DNA of 62,030 nucleotides, the filler included, from Sphacelaria rigidula (taxonomy: Eukaryota), in the NCBI GenBank assembly GCA_964200075.2. It is 11 parts of 11 records of this genome, joined end to end, with 100 filler letters (N's around TTAATTAATTAA, not from the genome) between each part and the next. Parts side by side here need not be neighbours in the genome. Positions count along the whole stretch, not along the records: positions 22,595 to 28,142 come from CAXNAA020026431.1; positions 28,243 to 33,790 come from CAXNAA020026432.1; positions 33,891 to 39,438 come from CAXNAA020026433.1; 8 more parts are not named here. One strand, written 5' to 3'. Both the position numbers and the translations under genes were made by a program. Below, in pieces: positions 25,667 to 38,500 of this stretch; the stretch's first letter is position 1, and the number at the start of each line of letters is the position of its first letter. The notes under the pieces were generated by a model, which saw nothing but the letters and a program-made list of their open reading frames with translations, was not told the origin of the DNA and did no database searches.

Positions 25667-28142
25667 TCATGGGACGGAGATCTCCGAGCGCCTGCTGGGT
25701 TGGGATCCTCGCGTCTCCATCGAGTCTCTGTGGCGTTTGGTGGGCTTGGAATTGCCCCCCCGCTGCTGAGGATTGGACGCTCTCTCCTCCTTGACATTAA
25801 CGCTGCCCTTCACCTTACCCCTGCCCACCTCACGTGTACTAAACTTCGGTTTGTTGCCCGATCCCTTCGGGCGACCTTTTTGTGGGGGCTTTTCCGGGTT
25901 GCCTGGCCCGGGTGCGCCCCTCGCCATATGGATCAGAGTAGACCGGTATGCCGCCATTTGCGTTTGGATCGACAACGCCTCTGCCGGCGATGATACGGAA
26001 CTAATGATGGTGTTTGCTTCCTCCTTGAAGCGCGCCATCAACGTGGCGAAGATGCGCCGTTGATCGGCTTCCACTCTGGCGTTTCGTTTCGACTCGGCTG
26101 GCTCTGGGGGGTGTACACCGTCGGCACTGTTGTCAAGGGTAGGTCCCCAACCACCGCCGCTGCCACCGTCGCGAACTCCGCCCCAGCCTTCACCATGCCC
26201 CGACGACCGGAGCACCTGCTTCACGCTCCACGGAGCGTCCCGGCCATCGGTTCGCTCCCGCCAACGGTTGTGCACACACGCACTGTCGAACGGGTGTTGG
26301 ACTTCGCCACCAGCGTCCACCATTTCTTCCAACATTCGCGGCAAGACGGTGAAGTAGTGCCTGCATGGCAGTCCACGGCGCAGAAGCTGCAGGCAAGAAC
26401 AGAGGTGAAATTTGCCGGGCCCCAAAACGACGAGATGGCTCGGGCGCGACGCCCGAGTTGTGAGCTTGTACTGTACTATCGCGACGGCCTCAGCGGGGAC
26501 GTCAGCAATCACGTTCAAAAATGCCTCCAGAGAAGTGCGCGCCCACATGCTGGCGTCCGACGCGCCGTGAAAGTCATTTTCCAGGTCCGTTAAATCTGGC
26601 GCCTGTTGCAAGATCTTCGCTCGGGGGTTCACCAAAGACAAGCAGCGAACATAGGCAGCACTGACGGGGATCGGTCTGCCGTCGGCATCCCTTGGCCCTC
26701 GTGCGATGCTGACATCGTAAGCCTGACATCCGTTCGAGAACTCCACTCGGAGCTCCTGCATGGGCGAAAACAGAGCATAAGTCGGTCATTTCAATCGCGC
26801 AACCCGACTTTATATCCTGAGCGTTGTTACACCGACGTTTATGCACCGGAATCTGGATTTGTACGAATTCACGATTTGAGCAACAATATCAGGCGATTTC
26901 CTCACGCGGACTGATTTTTCGGACCCCACTCCGTTGAGCAATGTTTTGCGGCTAGCTGTGAGTAAGCCAGATCAATTATCCGATTCCCTCGACGTTGACT
27001 TTCATGTATCATGTTCCTCAAAAACCGGGCAACTCTACGATCTCGACGGCATCTCCGTCAATCTCGCGGCGGCGAGATCGTAGAGTGCCTGTTTTTTTTT
27101 CGGAAAGGTCACATAACACAGTCGACGTGTAGGGAATCGGAGAACTGATCTGGCTTGCTCACAGGTAGCCGAAAAACATTGCCCAACAGACTGGGGTCCG
27201 AAAACTCAATCCGCGGGAGGAAATCACCTGATATTGTTGCTGAAATCGTCAACTCGTACAAGTCCACATTCCCGTGCATAAAAGTCGGTCTAAAAGTCGG
27301 TCTTAGAGGCAACCGCCGACAGCATTTCTTCCCGAAAGCGACAAGCGTAGCAATTCTGACGCCAAGACTCGCGGCGTACGCAGCGTGATCATGGTGTGCT
27401 ACGTACGGGACACTCGGAGTCGATACGACGCAGATCAGTACTGACCTTCTCGCAGTAATTACTCGCCCCGGCGGCCCGCAGACTGTCCAGAATGGGTCGG
27501 AACATGCTCTCCAGGTCCTTCACAGCGAATGTTCTCCCAGTATCGATGCGGCGGGAAGATAGCCTGGCGGACATCCGAAAGACCAAGTTCCGTTATACTC
27601 AACAGACACGAATTTACCAGGATTTGTACGTCCATGGAACGAGACTACAATGACTTCCAGTCGTCAAGCTGCACGGAATCATCGACGGGTTGAGTGGCTG
27701 ACCAGCCCGTTGATTCATGAATTGTCCCCAACGTCAAGCCGATTGCGAGTGGGAGCGAGCTTCTGAAATTCGCCGGCCACGAAGACACATCACGGTTGCT
27801 CTTCACGCACAACGTTAAGGATCGAGACACGCGACCATCCAACACGAGATAGTGAAAGAGGCATCCAACACGATCTTAGCCTTCGCTTCTAGAGAGAGTC
27901 TACGCAACCGTTGTTCTTTCGCAAGTTTGTCCACCTCCGCCCTGGCTGCGCCCTGGACATCGCCCGCCGGAAGAAGTCCCTGCTCGCCGGCGCGTTCCCC
28001 CATCCCTCCTCCCCCCCGACCTGCCCGCTCTTTTGCGCCGTTGGCCCCACCACCGTTCTGGTTCCCACCCTTCCCTTTTTTATTTTCTTCTGCCTTTCGC
28101 TGGGCATCTTCCGTCCCGGCATTTTCGACCTGTCGGCTCGCC
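25667..28142 (-). mobile_element. Mutator-like (MULE) transposase gene, 3' part, spliced and degenerate, with SWIM zinc finger
   Basis: Exon 25667-26755 encodes CSCLQLLRRGLPCRH (SWIM CxC..GxPCxH), HNRW and a basic KGRPKG tail. An upstream exon ending at 27446 (NYCEK|ELRVEF) splices in phase 0. Further fragments carry stops and frameshifts. Confidence 0.8.
26831..27289. repeat. Long foldback palindrome (~215-bp arms) in the putative MULE intron
   Basis: accgacgtttatgcac...ctctacgatctcg pairs with cgagatcgtagag...gtgcataaaagtcggt. Confidence 0.85.
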
Positions 28143-28571
28143 NNNNNNNNNNNNNNNNNNNNNNNNNNNNNNNNNNNNNNNNNNNNTTAATTAATTAANN
28201 NNNNNNNNNNNNNNNNNNNNNNNNNNNNNNNNNNNNNNNNNNCTCCTCCAAACAAAGAGGGTACCCAGGTTTTTCGCTAATGCACCTTCGTATACCCTAT
28301 TGTGAAGTTTGCCCTTTTTTTAATCAGCTGCCCCTTACCGATGTTTTCAAACAAACTGGGTTCGGCTCACGAGCAAAACCAGAGTCAAGTTCTTGAATTT
28401 GAAAGCGCCATTCGTAGCTTGCCACTGAGGCCCTTGATATCCCTGACTAGGATATTGACGTGTAGTAGCTGTAAGCGCACGCCAGTGATGCAGGCGAAGA
28501 AAAGCACACACGGAATGAAAAATTGGCGAAGTTACAGCGAATTATCAGAGCCGCTCTCAATCAGCGCTCTG

Positions 28572-28932
28572 CCCTTAGACCACGAGATTAGTCTTTCTAA
28601 ATCATGCATCCTTTTTTTCAGTTGAAATTGATGCCAACGAAGACTAACCTCGCGGTCCGAGGGTTAACCCCTAGACGGCGAGAGTAGGTCATGTGTGGAA
28701 TCGGCATCAATTAAACTTGACAAAAGTATGTATGGTCCAGGAAGACTACCCTCGCGGTCTAAGGGTTAACCTTTTGGGGTCCGGACTCACAGAAACATGG
28801 TGTTTGCACGCAGGGGCCCTTTGCGAATCAGCATCATATTTACTTGAAAACGACTGGAAGTTACCCCGATTCACAGAAGGGCACCTGCGTGCAAACACCA
28901 TGTTTCTGGGAGTCCGGTCCCAAAAGGGTTAA
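28572..28932. mobile_element. Three piggyBac-like MITEs stacked at shared TTAA sites
   Basis: Units 28572-28663, 28668-28765 and 28770-28928 have CCC/CCT...GGG termini with TIRs, and each is followed by TTAA. Confidence 0.8.
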
Positions 28933-29609
28933 TCTCACGAAAACTTTGTTAGTAGTAGTACAATGCAGTGCCACGGTTGCAGCAGGCAAGATTATTCACA
29001 ATACAGGCCGTGGATTTTGCGAACAGTACGACATCACAAGTATAGGCTATGCTTTGCAAACACGACGCAGCTGTAGCCTGTACTTGCTATCTTGTACTAC
29101 TCCATGTCCGAGTACAGGCTGTACTCTGCCAGGTTGCGAGCAGGGGCTGTACTCGCGAGCACAGTAGGTAGCTGTGCTTTGCCAATACAGTACAGTACTA
29201 TACCGTCTTCACTGTAGGGTTCGAGGTCACATGCAAATGCACGTCCATGGGAGTGGATGCAGATGCAGAGGATATGACTATTGACTACTGCCTGCACTCC
29301 GGTACTACCAGTGAAGGCTTCACCTTGTTTGAAAACATTGGTAACGGGCAGCTGATTAAAAAAATGTGGACTCCCGAATAAAAAAGAAACGCGGCATCGG
29401 TCATGATAACAGGTCACGATGGAAAGAAGGATCGACCTATCTATGTAGGTGGATATACTTTCTGCGATTGTGCGAGGTAGAGAACCTCAGCTCCGCGCAA
29501 AAGGATTGATCTTGACCCTTTTGGAATCCACCAGCGATTCTTGTTCTTGTGAATCGGCATCATATATTGACTTGAAAATGATTGAAAATGCTGCCGATTC
29601 ACATTTGTG

Positions 29610-29862
29610 ATGCTACGGTAGGGGTACACAAATAGTTTCTGAGGTTACAATTGTTAGGAGCCCTTTATCTCATCCAAAACACGACTTATTATGAAAATAT
29701 GCGAGAGTACGCCAGGATTACTATTCCAATGTGCCAGGGATATCCCGAATTGATTTGCAAACGGGAACGCCCTGACCCATCTTCTTGTGAAATCTAGAAT
29801 CGTGGGGAGCCCCTGAACCAAACAAAAGATCGCGAAAAAAGTGCACCCCTACCGTAGCATTG
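29610..29862. mobile_element. MITE with ATGCTACGGTAGGGGTGCAC TIR; second copy 54710-54957 inserted in a SINE
   Basis: tgctacggtaggggtacac ... gtgcacccctaccgtagca occurs at both loci. Confidence 0.78.
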
Positions 29863-29896
29863 CTCCACAACAGACATCACCAATTCGTTCCGAAAG

Positions 29897-30104
29897 AGGT
29901 ATCTCAAACTCGGCTCCCGGTATCCTGGTTTGTTTTGCTGAATTTTTTCAAGTGGAAGTGATGCCGATTCATGAGATGATGAGACCCTTTAACCGCTACG
30001 TCAGGTCCTCCTATGAATCGCGATCACTTTCACTTGAAAAAATAGAACACAACTCAGAGTCAGCGAATAAACCAGGATACCGGGAGCCGAGTTTGAGATA
30101 CCTC
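29897..30104. mobile_element. MITE with ~35-bp perfect TIR
   Basis: gaggtatctcaaactcggctcccggtatcctggttt ... aaaccaggataccgggagccgagtttgagatacctc. Confidence 0.85.
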
Positions 30105-30109
30105 TAGAA

Positions 30110-30321
30110 GGGTAGTCTTCCTGGACCGCGAGGGTAGTCTTCCTGGACCATGCATTCTTTTTTCAAGTCAAATTGATGCCGATTCCACACATGACCTACT
30201 CTCGCTGTCTAGGGGTTAACCCTTAGACCGCGAGGTTAGTCTTCTGTTGAATCGGCATCAATTTCAAGTGAGAAATAGTATGCATGATCCAGAAAGGCTT
30301 ATCTCGCTGTCTAAGGGTTAA
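30110..30321. mobile_element. piggyBac-like MITE doublet (inverted relative to 28572-28765); third doublet at 32572-32772
   Basis: Same units joined at TTAA (30216-30219) and ending in TTAA. Confidence 0.78.
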
Positions 30322-30703
30322 ACAAATACAAAAGCATGGTGAAAAACAGTCAAGTCCAGAGGGAAGCGGCGATTTTTCTAGATTTGACTGCTTTTTACCG
30401 TTCTTAGACAAAACGATTTCTTGGCCAAAATAAAAACTGCGGCCACCGGGAAACGGGGAGAGGTCCTGGAACCGCCTCAACTACTACAGCAAGTCATTCC
30501 AAGGTGTCGAACCCCGCCTAGCTCTCTTTTGGGGCGACAAAGGACCTCAAAGCTAGAAAAGGCACATCTCCAAATTTTTATTCTCGTCTGTTACAAGGAG
30601 CGGGAGAATTTCCAAAAATCACAAGAAAAAAAATACGCCGCCGCCTTAACGAGGAAACGCCGTATTTTTTCGCGCGCGCTAGGAGGGGAGGGCGGGAAGG
30701 GGA

Positions 30704-31206
30704 GGGGGTACTCATGATCTTGCATGCCATAGTGGTAAAACCATTGACCTCGCATCCCTACGGCTTGAGCACTTACTACGTAGTGCATATTCAAATAAAT
30801 GGTGAGACCCCCACGGGGCAGTTGAACTTGGACCGCGATGCGGGTAGTCCATCTGGATCACATCTACTTTTTTCAAGTGAAACTGATGCCAATTCCGCTG
30901 GTGACCAACCCTCGCGCTCAAAGGGCGAACCTGTGGCTGTCTCTGGAAGTGGCGATATCAGAGAAAGAAGCAACTCATTGGACGCTGTCATTCGTGCGCA
31001 AGATAATTACTACGCTTCGAGCCGAACAATCCCAAGAGGATGCAGCTCACCCTCCATGCGACTCACCGACACGTCACAGCCCTTCGCGCTTGGCAGTTGA
31101 TTGCGAGCCTGATCCGGCGATAATCTGGCGTTCTCCGTCCCGGCTTTGAGGGGATGCGAGGTCAATGGTCGTATTACTACGGCATGCAAAATCATAGTAC
31201 AGCCCC
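30704..31206. mobile_element. MITE with ~50-bp TIRs enclosing a fragment of another repeat
   Basis: atgatcttgcatgccatagt...ccattgacctcgcatccc is inverted against gggatgcgaggtcaatgg...actacggcatgcaaaatcat. Confidence 0.75.
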
Positions 31207-31821
31207 GTAATAATGTAATGTACTAACTATTGCCATTATCTAATTGAACCAACGGTACCACTCCTGAAGCCTCACAAATTGATTGATTAGCTGATTGCAA
31301 CAACCCAGCCCGTGGTCAGGAGCAGTAGGGAAAAAGAACAGAATGAGAAAAAGAGAAGGAAATATACATAAAAAGAACAGAAAATAGTGTTTTGGTGAAA
31401 GTGAGAGTAGAGGATACGATTGAGAGTGAAAAGGGGTCAATTAGTGAAGGAATCGTTTCAGTTCCGAAATGCTCTTCCACGAGGCCCAATATGATTTACG
31501 TAGTAGCTTGCCACTGAGGCTTTTAATGTTCCCGCGTAGGATATCGACGTGTAGCTATGAGCTCACGCAAGTGATGAAGGCAAAGAAAAACACACGCGGA
31601 CTAAACAGTTGGCCAAGTTAAAGCGAGTGAACAAAGTCACTCTCAATCGGCGCTCTACTCTCAATTTCACGAAAGCAACAGCCACAGAAAGGAAAGAAGA
31701 AGGGAAGCAGCGACGACGACAAAAACAGCAACCCGTAATGGCATGTACACGTGAGTTCAGTTCAGGTATATGCAACTGCCGGTATGTATGTCTTCGCTGA
31801 GCGGTTTTTGTTAGCTACCCC

Positions 31822-32135
31822 TTCGCCCCGGTGGTTCAGTTTGTAATCTCGAAACCCTTTTTGACGGTTGGGTCGTGGGTTCGAATCTCGGTGCAGTCAC
31901 ACGATCTGGGATTCTTTCTCACAGCCCAACTTCCAAAGCGGACTGAAGCAATTCCGCCGCACGAACTCGTTCGAGTCGAAGAAAAAATGATAAGACACGA
32001 CCGGAGATCCACCGCACTGGGCAAACCTAAAGCGAGTATAATATATTTTCAACCATCTCTTCCATCTGGTAAACTCTGTTGGAGGCTGCTCAACAGTACG
32101 GCGAGCGACTATATCCTGTGGGTACACAACACACA

Positions 32136-32180
<45 letters not shown>
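31822..32180 (+). mobile_element. tRNA-derived SINE (variant body) with (CA)n tail
   Basis: cgccccggtggttcagtttg (A box), ggttcgaatc (B box) and a (CA)n tail. Confidence 0.8.
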
Positions 32181-32183
<3 letters not shown>

Positions 32184-32332
32184 ATTTCATTCTTGGCAAG
32201 TAGTGCCCTGTGGCAGCCGCCTGCGATTCATGCGGAAAACATACATCCTCTCATCCACTCTTCTCATCCTTACACAGTTCTGATGCTTTGATCTTGCACG
32301 CATGCAACATTATCTCAACAGTAATTCTTTTT

Positions 32333-32363
<31 letters not shown>

Positions 32364-33183
32364 CTATTACTGTATACCGTACCTGCCAACTTTTGGCCTT
32401 TTCATTATCACTGTCCGAGTATAGTTTCTTGTGTAATCACTGGATCATACCCGTTCATCTATCTGCCAGGGTCGAACCAAAAATGATCTCCCCGAGCAAG
32501 AACGAGTGTCATATGTAAATCACTGGGTCACATTCGCTCATTCATCGGGGTCGAAGTAGACAAGGTGTTCCTTAACCCTTAGACCGCGAGGTTAGTCTTC
32601 TGTTGAATGGGCATCAATTTCAAGTGAAGAAATATATATATGCATGATCCAAAAAGACTAATCTCGCGGTCTAAGGGACGGCGAGAGTAGGTCATTTGTT
32701 GAATCGGCACCAATTTCAAATGAAAAAAAGTACGCATGATCCAGAAGACTAATCTCGCGGTCTATGGGTTAACGAGTACCGATGATGTACGGCAACTACC
32801 AGATAAAAATACTTCCCTGTTCTGCAGCCAGGCATCGATCAACGAGGAAAGACTTTTACAGGCGGATACAACACACATGAGGGCCCGGAGAAGTTTCTTT
32901 CCGACAAAATCTATGTATTCCAAGCTGCAAGGGGTTCCATGCGCATCGTTTTCTGATACGAACGGTAACTTGTCGAATTCTGTTCCGTTGTTCGACCACT
33001 GTCCGATGCCGATCCCAGAAAAGTTTCGTATTGCTGTTCGATCATTTCTTCGGTTGTTTGACTGCACCCGAAGCGACCACCTTCCCTCGTGTTTTCAGAA
33101 CCGCTTCAATTTTGTGAATGCAGATCATATAAATCAACCTCTCTAGCTTTCATGGCTCCGAGCCCATGGGGTAGGTAACCTCT

Positions 33184-33235
33184 GCATTGAATTAAATAAA
33201 AAGCATTGAATTAAATAAAAAGCATTGAATTAAAT
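33184..33235. repeat. Short 19-bp tandem repeat (~2.7 copies)
   Basis: gcattgaattaaataaaaa repeated. Confidence 0.85.
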
Positions 33236-33998
33236 TACGTAAGTAGTCAGTCATTTTCTTGATTACTCACAGCAAAAAATCCAAACAGCTGTGATTTGGT
33301 GCCGATCAAGAGATATATCACGAATTTAGCAACGATCCATAGCTTAAATGACAGCCCTGAATATGGGCAACAGATGTAGTATACCTACTATTCCCCATCG
33401 CGACGGCATTCAACATAAATTTCCTTCTGAAAAGATGGAGCGAAATCCTGCCCGAAATTTCCGGTTGGTCATTCATGGTGTCTTCCCCTGCACATGTTTT
33501 GGGATCTGTGCCTAGGTAGTTGGTACTGCTGGGACGCGCACACCGCCTTACGGCGCTGAAGAAACATCCGTTAAAGAAAAGCTTCATGTACCGGTATGTG
33601 GGTGATGTGCGGTAAAAACGGGTCGTGACATCGTAGCACGACGGTTGGAGGGAATTTTCATCAACAGTATGAAAACAACTTCTCAACATGAAAGAAATAT
33701 GAAAGGAGAAGGTTGGGCGATTCAGCGCTGGCTCTCGTCGGAGTACAGCACAGTAGTACACGGCATTGCGGACTGTGCCACCTCGAAGAGNNNNNNNNNN
33801 NNNNNNNNNNNNNNNNNNNNNNNNNNNNNNNNNNTTAATTAATTAANNNNNNNNNNNNNNNNNNNNNNNNNNNNNNNNNNNNNNNNNNNNTTAACATTGC
33901 GTCAAAACTCCGCATCTCTTTATCATCTGGCCTGGGCTACACATCCAGAGTCATCATCTACAGGATGCCCTTGTCCCCTGGTCATCATCCAGGATCCA

Positions 33999-35500
33999 CT
34001 ATATACTCGATCGTGTCGGCGTGATTTCGCCACAGGGCTTTTCGGTAGGCGTCTTGAGTAATTCGCGGGTGATACTCTCCATTTCTGTGATGAAAGAAGA
34101 CACGGCTCCTTTCTTGAGTAGCTTAGTAAGGGGGCGAGTCCGTTTCGATAAATTCGGCAAAAAATTGCGGTAGTAGGATAGCCCACCCAACAATGAGCGA
34201 CGTTGAGAAATGTTAGTTGGCATCGGCAAATCAGTCGTCGCCTTGACTTTGTATCCGGATGCAGGCCTGCTGGCGAAATGGAATGCCCCAAGAAATCCAC
34301 GTCAGTCGCGCCAAGGCGAGCTTTGGATGAAGACAGTTTCAAATCGTGCGTGCGTAGGCGAGAGAGAAATTCTCGTAGAGTGCGTATATGTGCAATAGGT
34401 GAGGCATCGAAAGCGATAGCGTCATTCAAGTACATGATGATGTACTCGAGGCCCTCGGTGACGCGTTGCATTAAGCGTTGAAAGCACCCCGGTGCAGTGG
34501 CGGCGCCTTGTGGCATTCGAAGCCACTCATAAAGTCCGGACGAGGTACAAAAAGCTGTCAGTGTGACTGTGTCAGGGTGTATAGCATTCTGAAAAAATCC
34601 AGAAGCGAGGTCGAAGGTGCTGAATATTTTCCCTTCGCCCAAGGAGTCGAAGATTTCATCAATGCGGGGAATTGGAAGTTTACCGACTACAGTGACGCGG
34701 TTCAACCGTTGATAATTCACGGTTATGCGTATGTTTCCATCCTTTTTGGGAACGACCACAAGTGGCGAAGCCCAAGGAGAAGAGGAATGTTGTATTAGTC
34801 CCGCTCCCAAATACGTATCCAAGATGGCGTTAACTTTCTTGGTAAGGATCGGGTTGGTACGGTATGGCCGAGAAGAAATCGGCGAGACACCGGGTTGGAG
34901 GGTAACCTCAAAGGGCAGTGTTTTGCAATGCCCAAGATCCGTCTTGGATCGGGAAAATCGATCTTGGTACTGTAGCAGGACATCACTGAGTCCTTGGATG
35001 ACTGCCGGTTCCCAGCCGGGCCCATGAAGGTCAAAATTGATGTCGCGCATGTGTGGAAGCAGTTGGTTCCACATGTGCAAGAAACTGTTCCAAGAATCTG
35101 GTGATGAGCGTTGAAGCACTTCAGGAGGAGGATCGGAATTTGACTGGGCAGGATCCACGGTGTGGGCCTGGGGTGGAGTCGAAGAGGCGAGACCGGAATA
35201 GGGTTCATCGACACAATGGACTGACTCCGCCGGAGATGAGGTGTTTGGCGCGGCAGGCTCTGTGACGCACGTCTCGAGTGGGATTTGCATCAGGGGAGCA
35301 GTGGCGATTCCTAAAACATCGCCGGGTTCCAAGTTAGCATGGCCCGTAAGAGGGAGGAGGTGTTGTCCCGCCGACACAACATGTTGTGTGTCGGCTGCTG
35401 CGCCAATACGGGGTAACATTTCAGCAAGATAATGCCCCGTAAGTGCTGGCATGCCATTTCGGCGAACTAGTGCAACTTCAAGAAGTTGGGGGTCATCGGA
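33999..35500 (-). mobile_element. Ty3/Gypsy LTR retrotransposon pol fragment (reverse transcriptase), inactivated
   Basis: SPWASPLVVVPKKDG, DLASGFFQ, MPQG, YLND (YxDD site), FLGH. Frameshift near 34240 before ISQRRSLLGGLSYYRNFLPN; truncated before RNase H. Confidence 0.92.
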
Positions 35501-38500
35501 GAGTGTATGTTACGGGATAAATAATGACCTTGTAGAGGAGACTATGAAGACATTCAACTGCAGGTCCTGACACCTTAACCCGCTCGAGGATGAGACACTA
35601 AAAACATGGAATAGGCCACGGCCTGTGATCCCCTTCATTCAGAAGCAAAGCAAGCCCCAAACGACCTCTGAAAGCAATATTCGCCACTTGATAATGAACT
35701 GCACTCCACCATTGCTGACCACTGAATACGACAACATCTACCCTTCAACAAGGAATAACCCACATGCTATACGCAGTGCTCATTGCGTGCCGCTCTTCTG
35801 CAAAGCTATACTCGAGTCAAGAAGCAAAAGGTATGCATGGTCTTGGCGTTATGTAAAGAGCTTGTATTATTAGAGTAGCGTTGCATACTGTTGTACAGGG
35901 TCCTAGGATGCCTTGCGTACCCAATACAACCTATCTAGAGGCTACCTTCCACACCAGGCTAATACATTACTTTTCTTCTGCGACATGGTGCCCAATTCGA
36001 GAGAGCAGTAGAGGCAAACGCAATCACTCAACAACAAATTTACCTCCGCTGAGGCTACATATGAGCTGTTTAGTTTTTGACACTGCGTTCGTCGCTGCGA
36101 GAAATGTTGCAAGGCAGGCAGTGTTGTTTACTATCTGTTCAAATGTTCAAACCGTCAGAGGGTGTTGGCTGTGGCGTATTGAGTGACCAAGCAAGGCGCT
36201 TCCCGACCTACCCACTGAAATGCGCTAGTTGTTGCCGTGCCGTAGTGCATCTAAACTCCGTACGGCGACCTCGGTGCGATGTGCGCTGAAGAGCGCGTGA
36301 GCACTTGTAATGCTGCATGCTCTGTTTCCGTCCGCACGGAATCGAGGTGGGATCAAAATGCTGCAGAATCAAGTTTTCAAACAATCAGGGGACGAGCTGC
36401 AGCTGTCTGTTCGGTCTGCAGTAACCATATTCGCAGTACCGCAGAAGACACGCAAGGCAGGTGCATGCAGGTTGAGACAAAAAGATTAACCCAACACGGA
36501 GCTGCTGTATCCTCGGTGATCGGTGGTAGCAGCTGTCTACCTCACTGCAGCACAATATGATGTGTGGGCCCAGTGCCAGATTGTTGATCATCAACGCCTC
36601 AGCAAATTGCCCTACAAGGTCCGCAGATTGTCTTTTTCATGTTGTTGGCTTCCTTGCATGGTAGACACACCCCAGTTATCCCACATGATTTGGACGTAGT
36701 CGCATAGGACATCATCCTAGCAAACGAAGGCAAGCAATTACCCTTGACCAGCGGCGGTGGGATCAACACCCTATCCTGTCCCACCGGCACAGGCACAGCG
36801 GAACCCGTATCTATTACCCGTACACCTCTGTACTACTGCATACAGATGATCCGTACAGTACGGATTGTAGCCCAAAACATGTCCTCGTAGCGATCACACC
36901 GTCTTGAGAAACACCGAATTATTATCCGCACAGGAGGCTGGCAAGTGATAATCACAAACCTGAGCACTCACACGACTGGCAAGACAAAGTGTGAGTGGTG
37001 CAACTATAGACTACACGCGTAATACAGGGCAGCATGATGAGAACTGTCCGTGAACAATAGATTTTGGGACATCGTTCCGAGGACTTGAAAACTAGAACAC
37101 TACCCAGGCATACTCATATCAACTGCTTACTCGCGCGCACTGAACGTAACGGATGTACCTTTTTTTTTGTTCATGTCAACAAACATATTTTCCAAGGCAG
37201 CGGCGACGATCAACTTTCGCATGAAAAGAGACTCCTTACAAACCTCATGTATAATCTATGTATGCTACCCACATGGTGCACACTCAACGAATCCATCAAC
37301 ATGAAATGTTAACCCAAATGTCAAAATTCACCATACATGCAATGCACTAAATAACAGTAATCGCCGCCGCCATCGGAAAAATTGGTCGTAACTCCCACAA
37401 AGAGAACGATAAATCCGTTTGTGTTCTCCCACAAGCGACCCAACACGCCGTATTTTCCCCCCGACCCTCCGCGTGCGGGAGGTCCCTTCTTTTCAGGCTA
37501 TAAGCGCATAAGTATCTAATATAAATATGAGTCCTCACATCGTTTGTACGACATAGCGTAACGGACACAAATATCGACTTGACTCACATCCAGGGCACCT
37601 GGTAGCGTCCCACGCATGGCGAAGGGTGACCGCTGGCATCAAAATCAACATTATCCGAGCCGTTGATACATATATTGCTGGCTAGACTAAACGGAACTAA
37701 TTGTTGTTTTTGTTTTTGTTTACGAGATATAAGCTCAGGCCCTTTTTTTTCTTCTTGTTTTATGCTCCTCTCATCTCCTTTTTTTTCTCGGACATCACGG
37801 CAATGAAGCGACACACACTAAGGTAATTGGTGTCCTCTGAACGGGCATGTAACTTTCTCGCCATGAAAGAAACACGATGAAACACGATGGTCACTCACCC
37901 CATCGACAACAAACATGAAATGCCCATCAATGTGAAAAGCTATCACACATTACCACATTCTGTGACGGTAACGCGTTCATCAGACTACAGGTACCAACCG
38001 TCATCAGATTATAGATACCGACGACAAAAAAAAGAAAAGAAAAGAGGGGAATGGCTCATGTCCCGCACAAAGAAGAAAAAAACGACTTCCAGGATCGTTT
38101 ACTCGCAATCAACCCTCCCGCAGCGTTTTATTTCATTTTGTTATTTTGGTTATCCTCATTCATTATTTTCTCCTGATTTTGTTTCGTGTATCGATGCACA
38201 CTCGACCCCGACTCAGGGTATGTCACCGGCTGAGTAAGCACCGACATGAGTTGAATGGCTATTCAATTTTTTTCTATACTTTTTACTTTTTCAAGTAGAA
38301 GATTCGAACCGTATATCGAAATAGGTTGCCTGTCAGCGCTGAAAAGAACCGATATACGCTTGTTTAATACGGGATATGAGCTTATTATTTTTTTTTGTCA
38401 AGAAAGCGGCGATAAAACCTTTTTTTTAGATACAGAACCGACATATATATATATATACTATACTCACAATATACACTACATGATGCATGATTATCCCACC

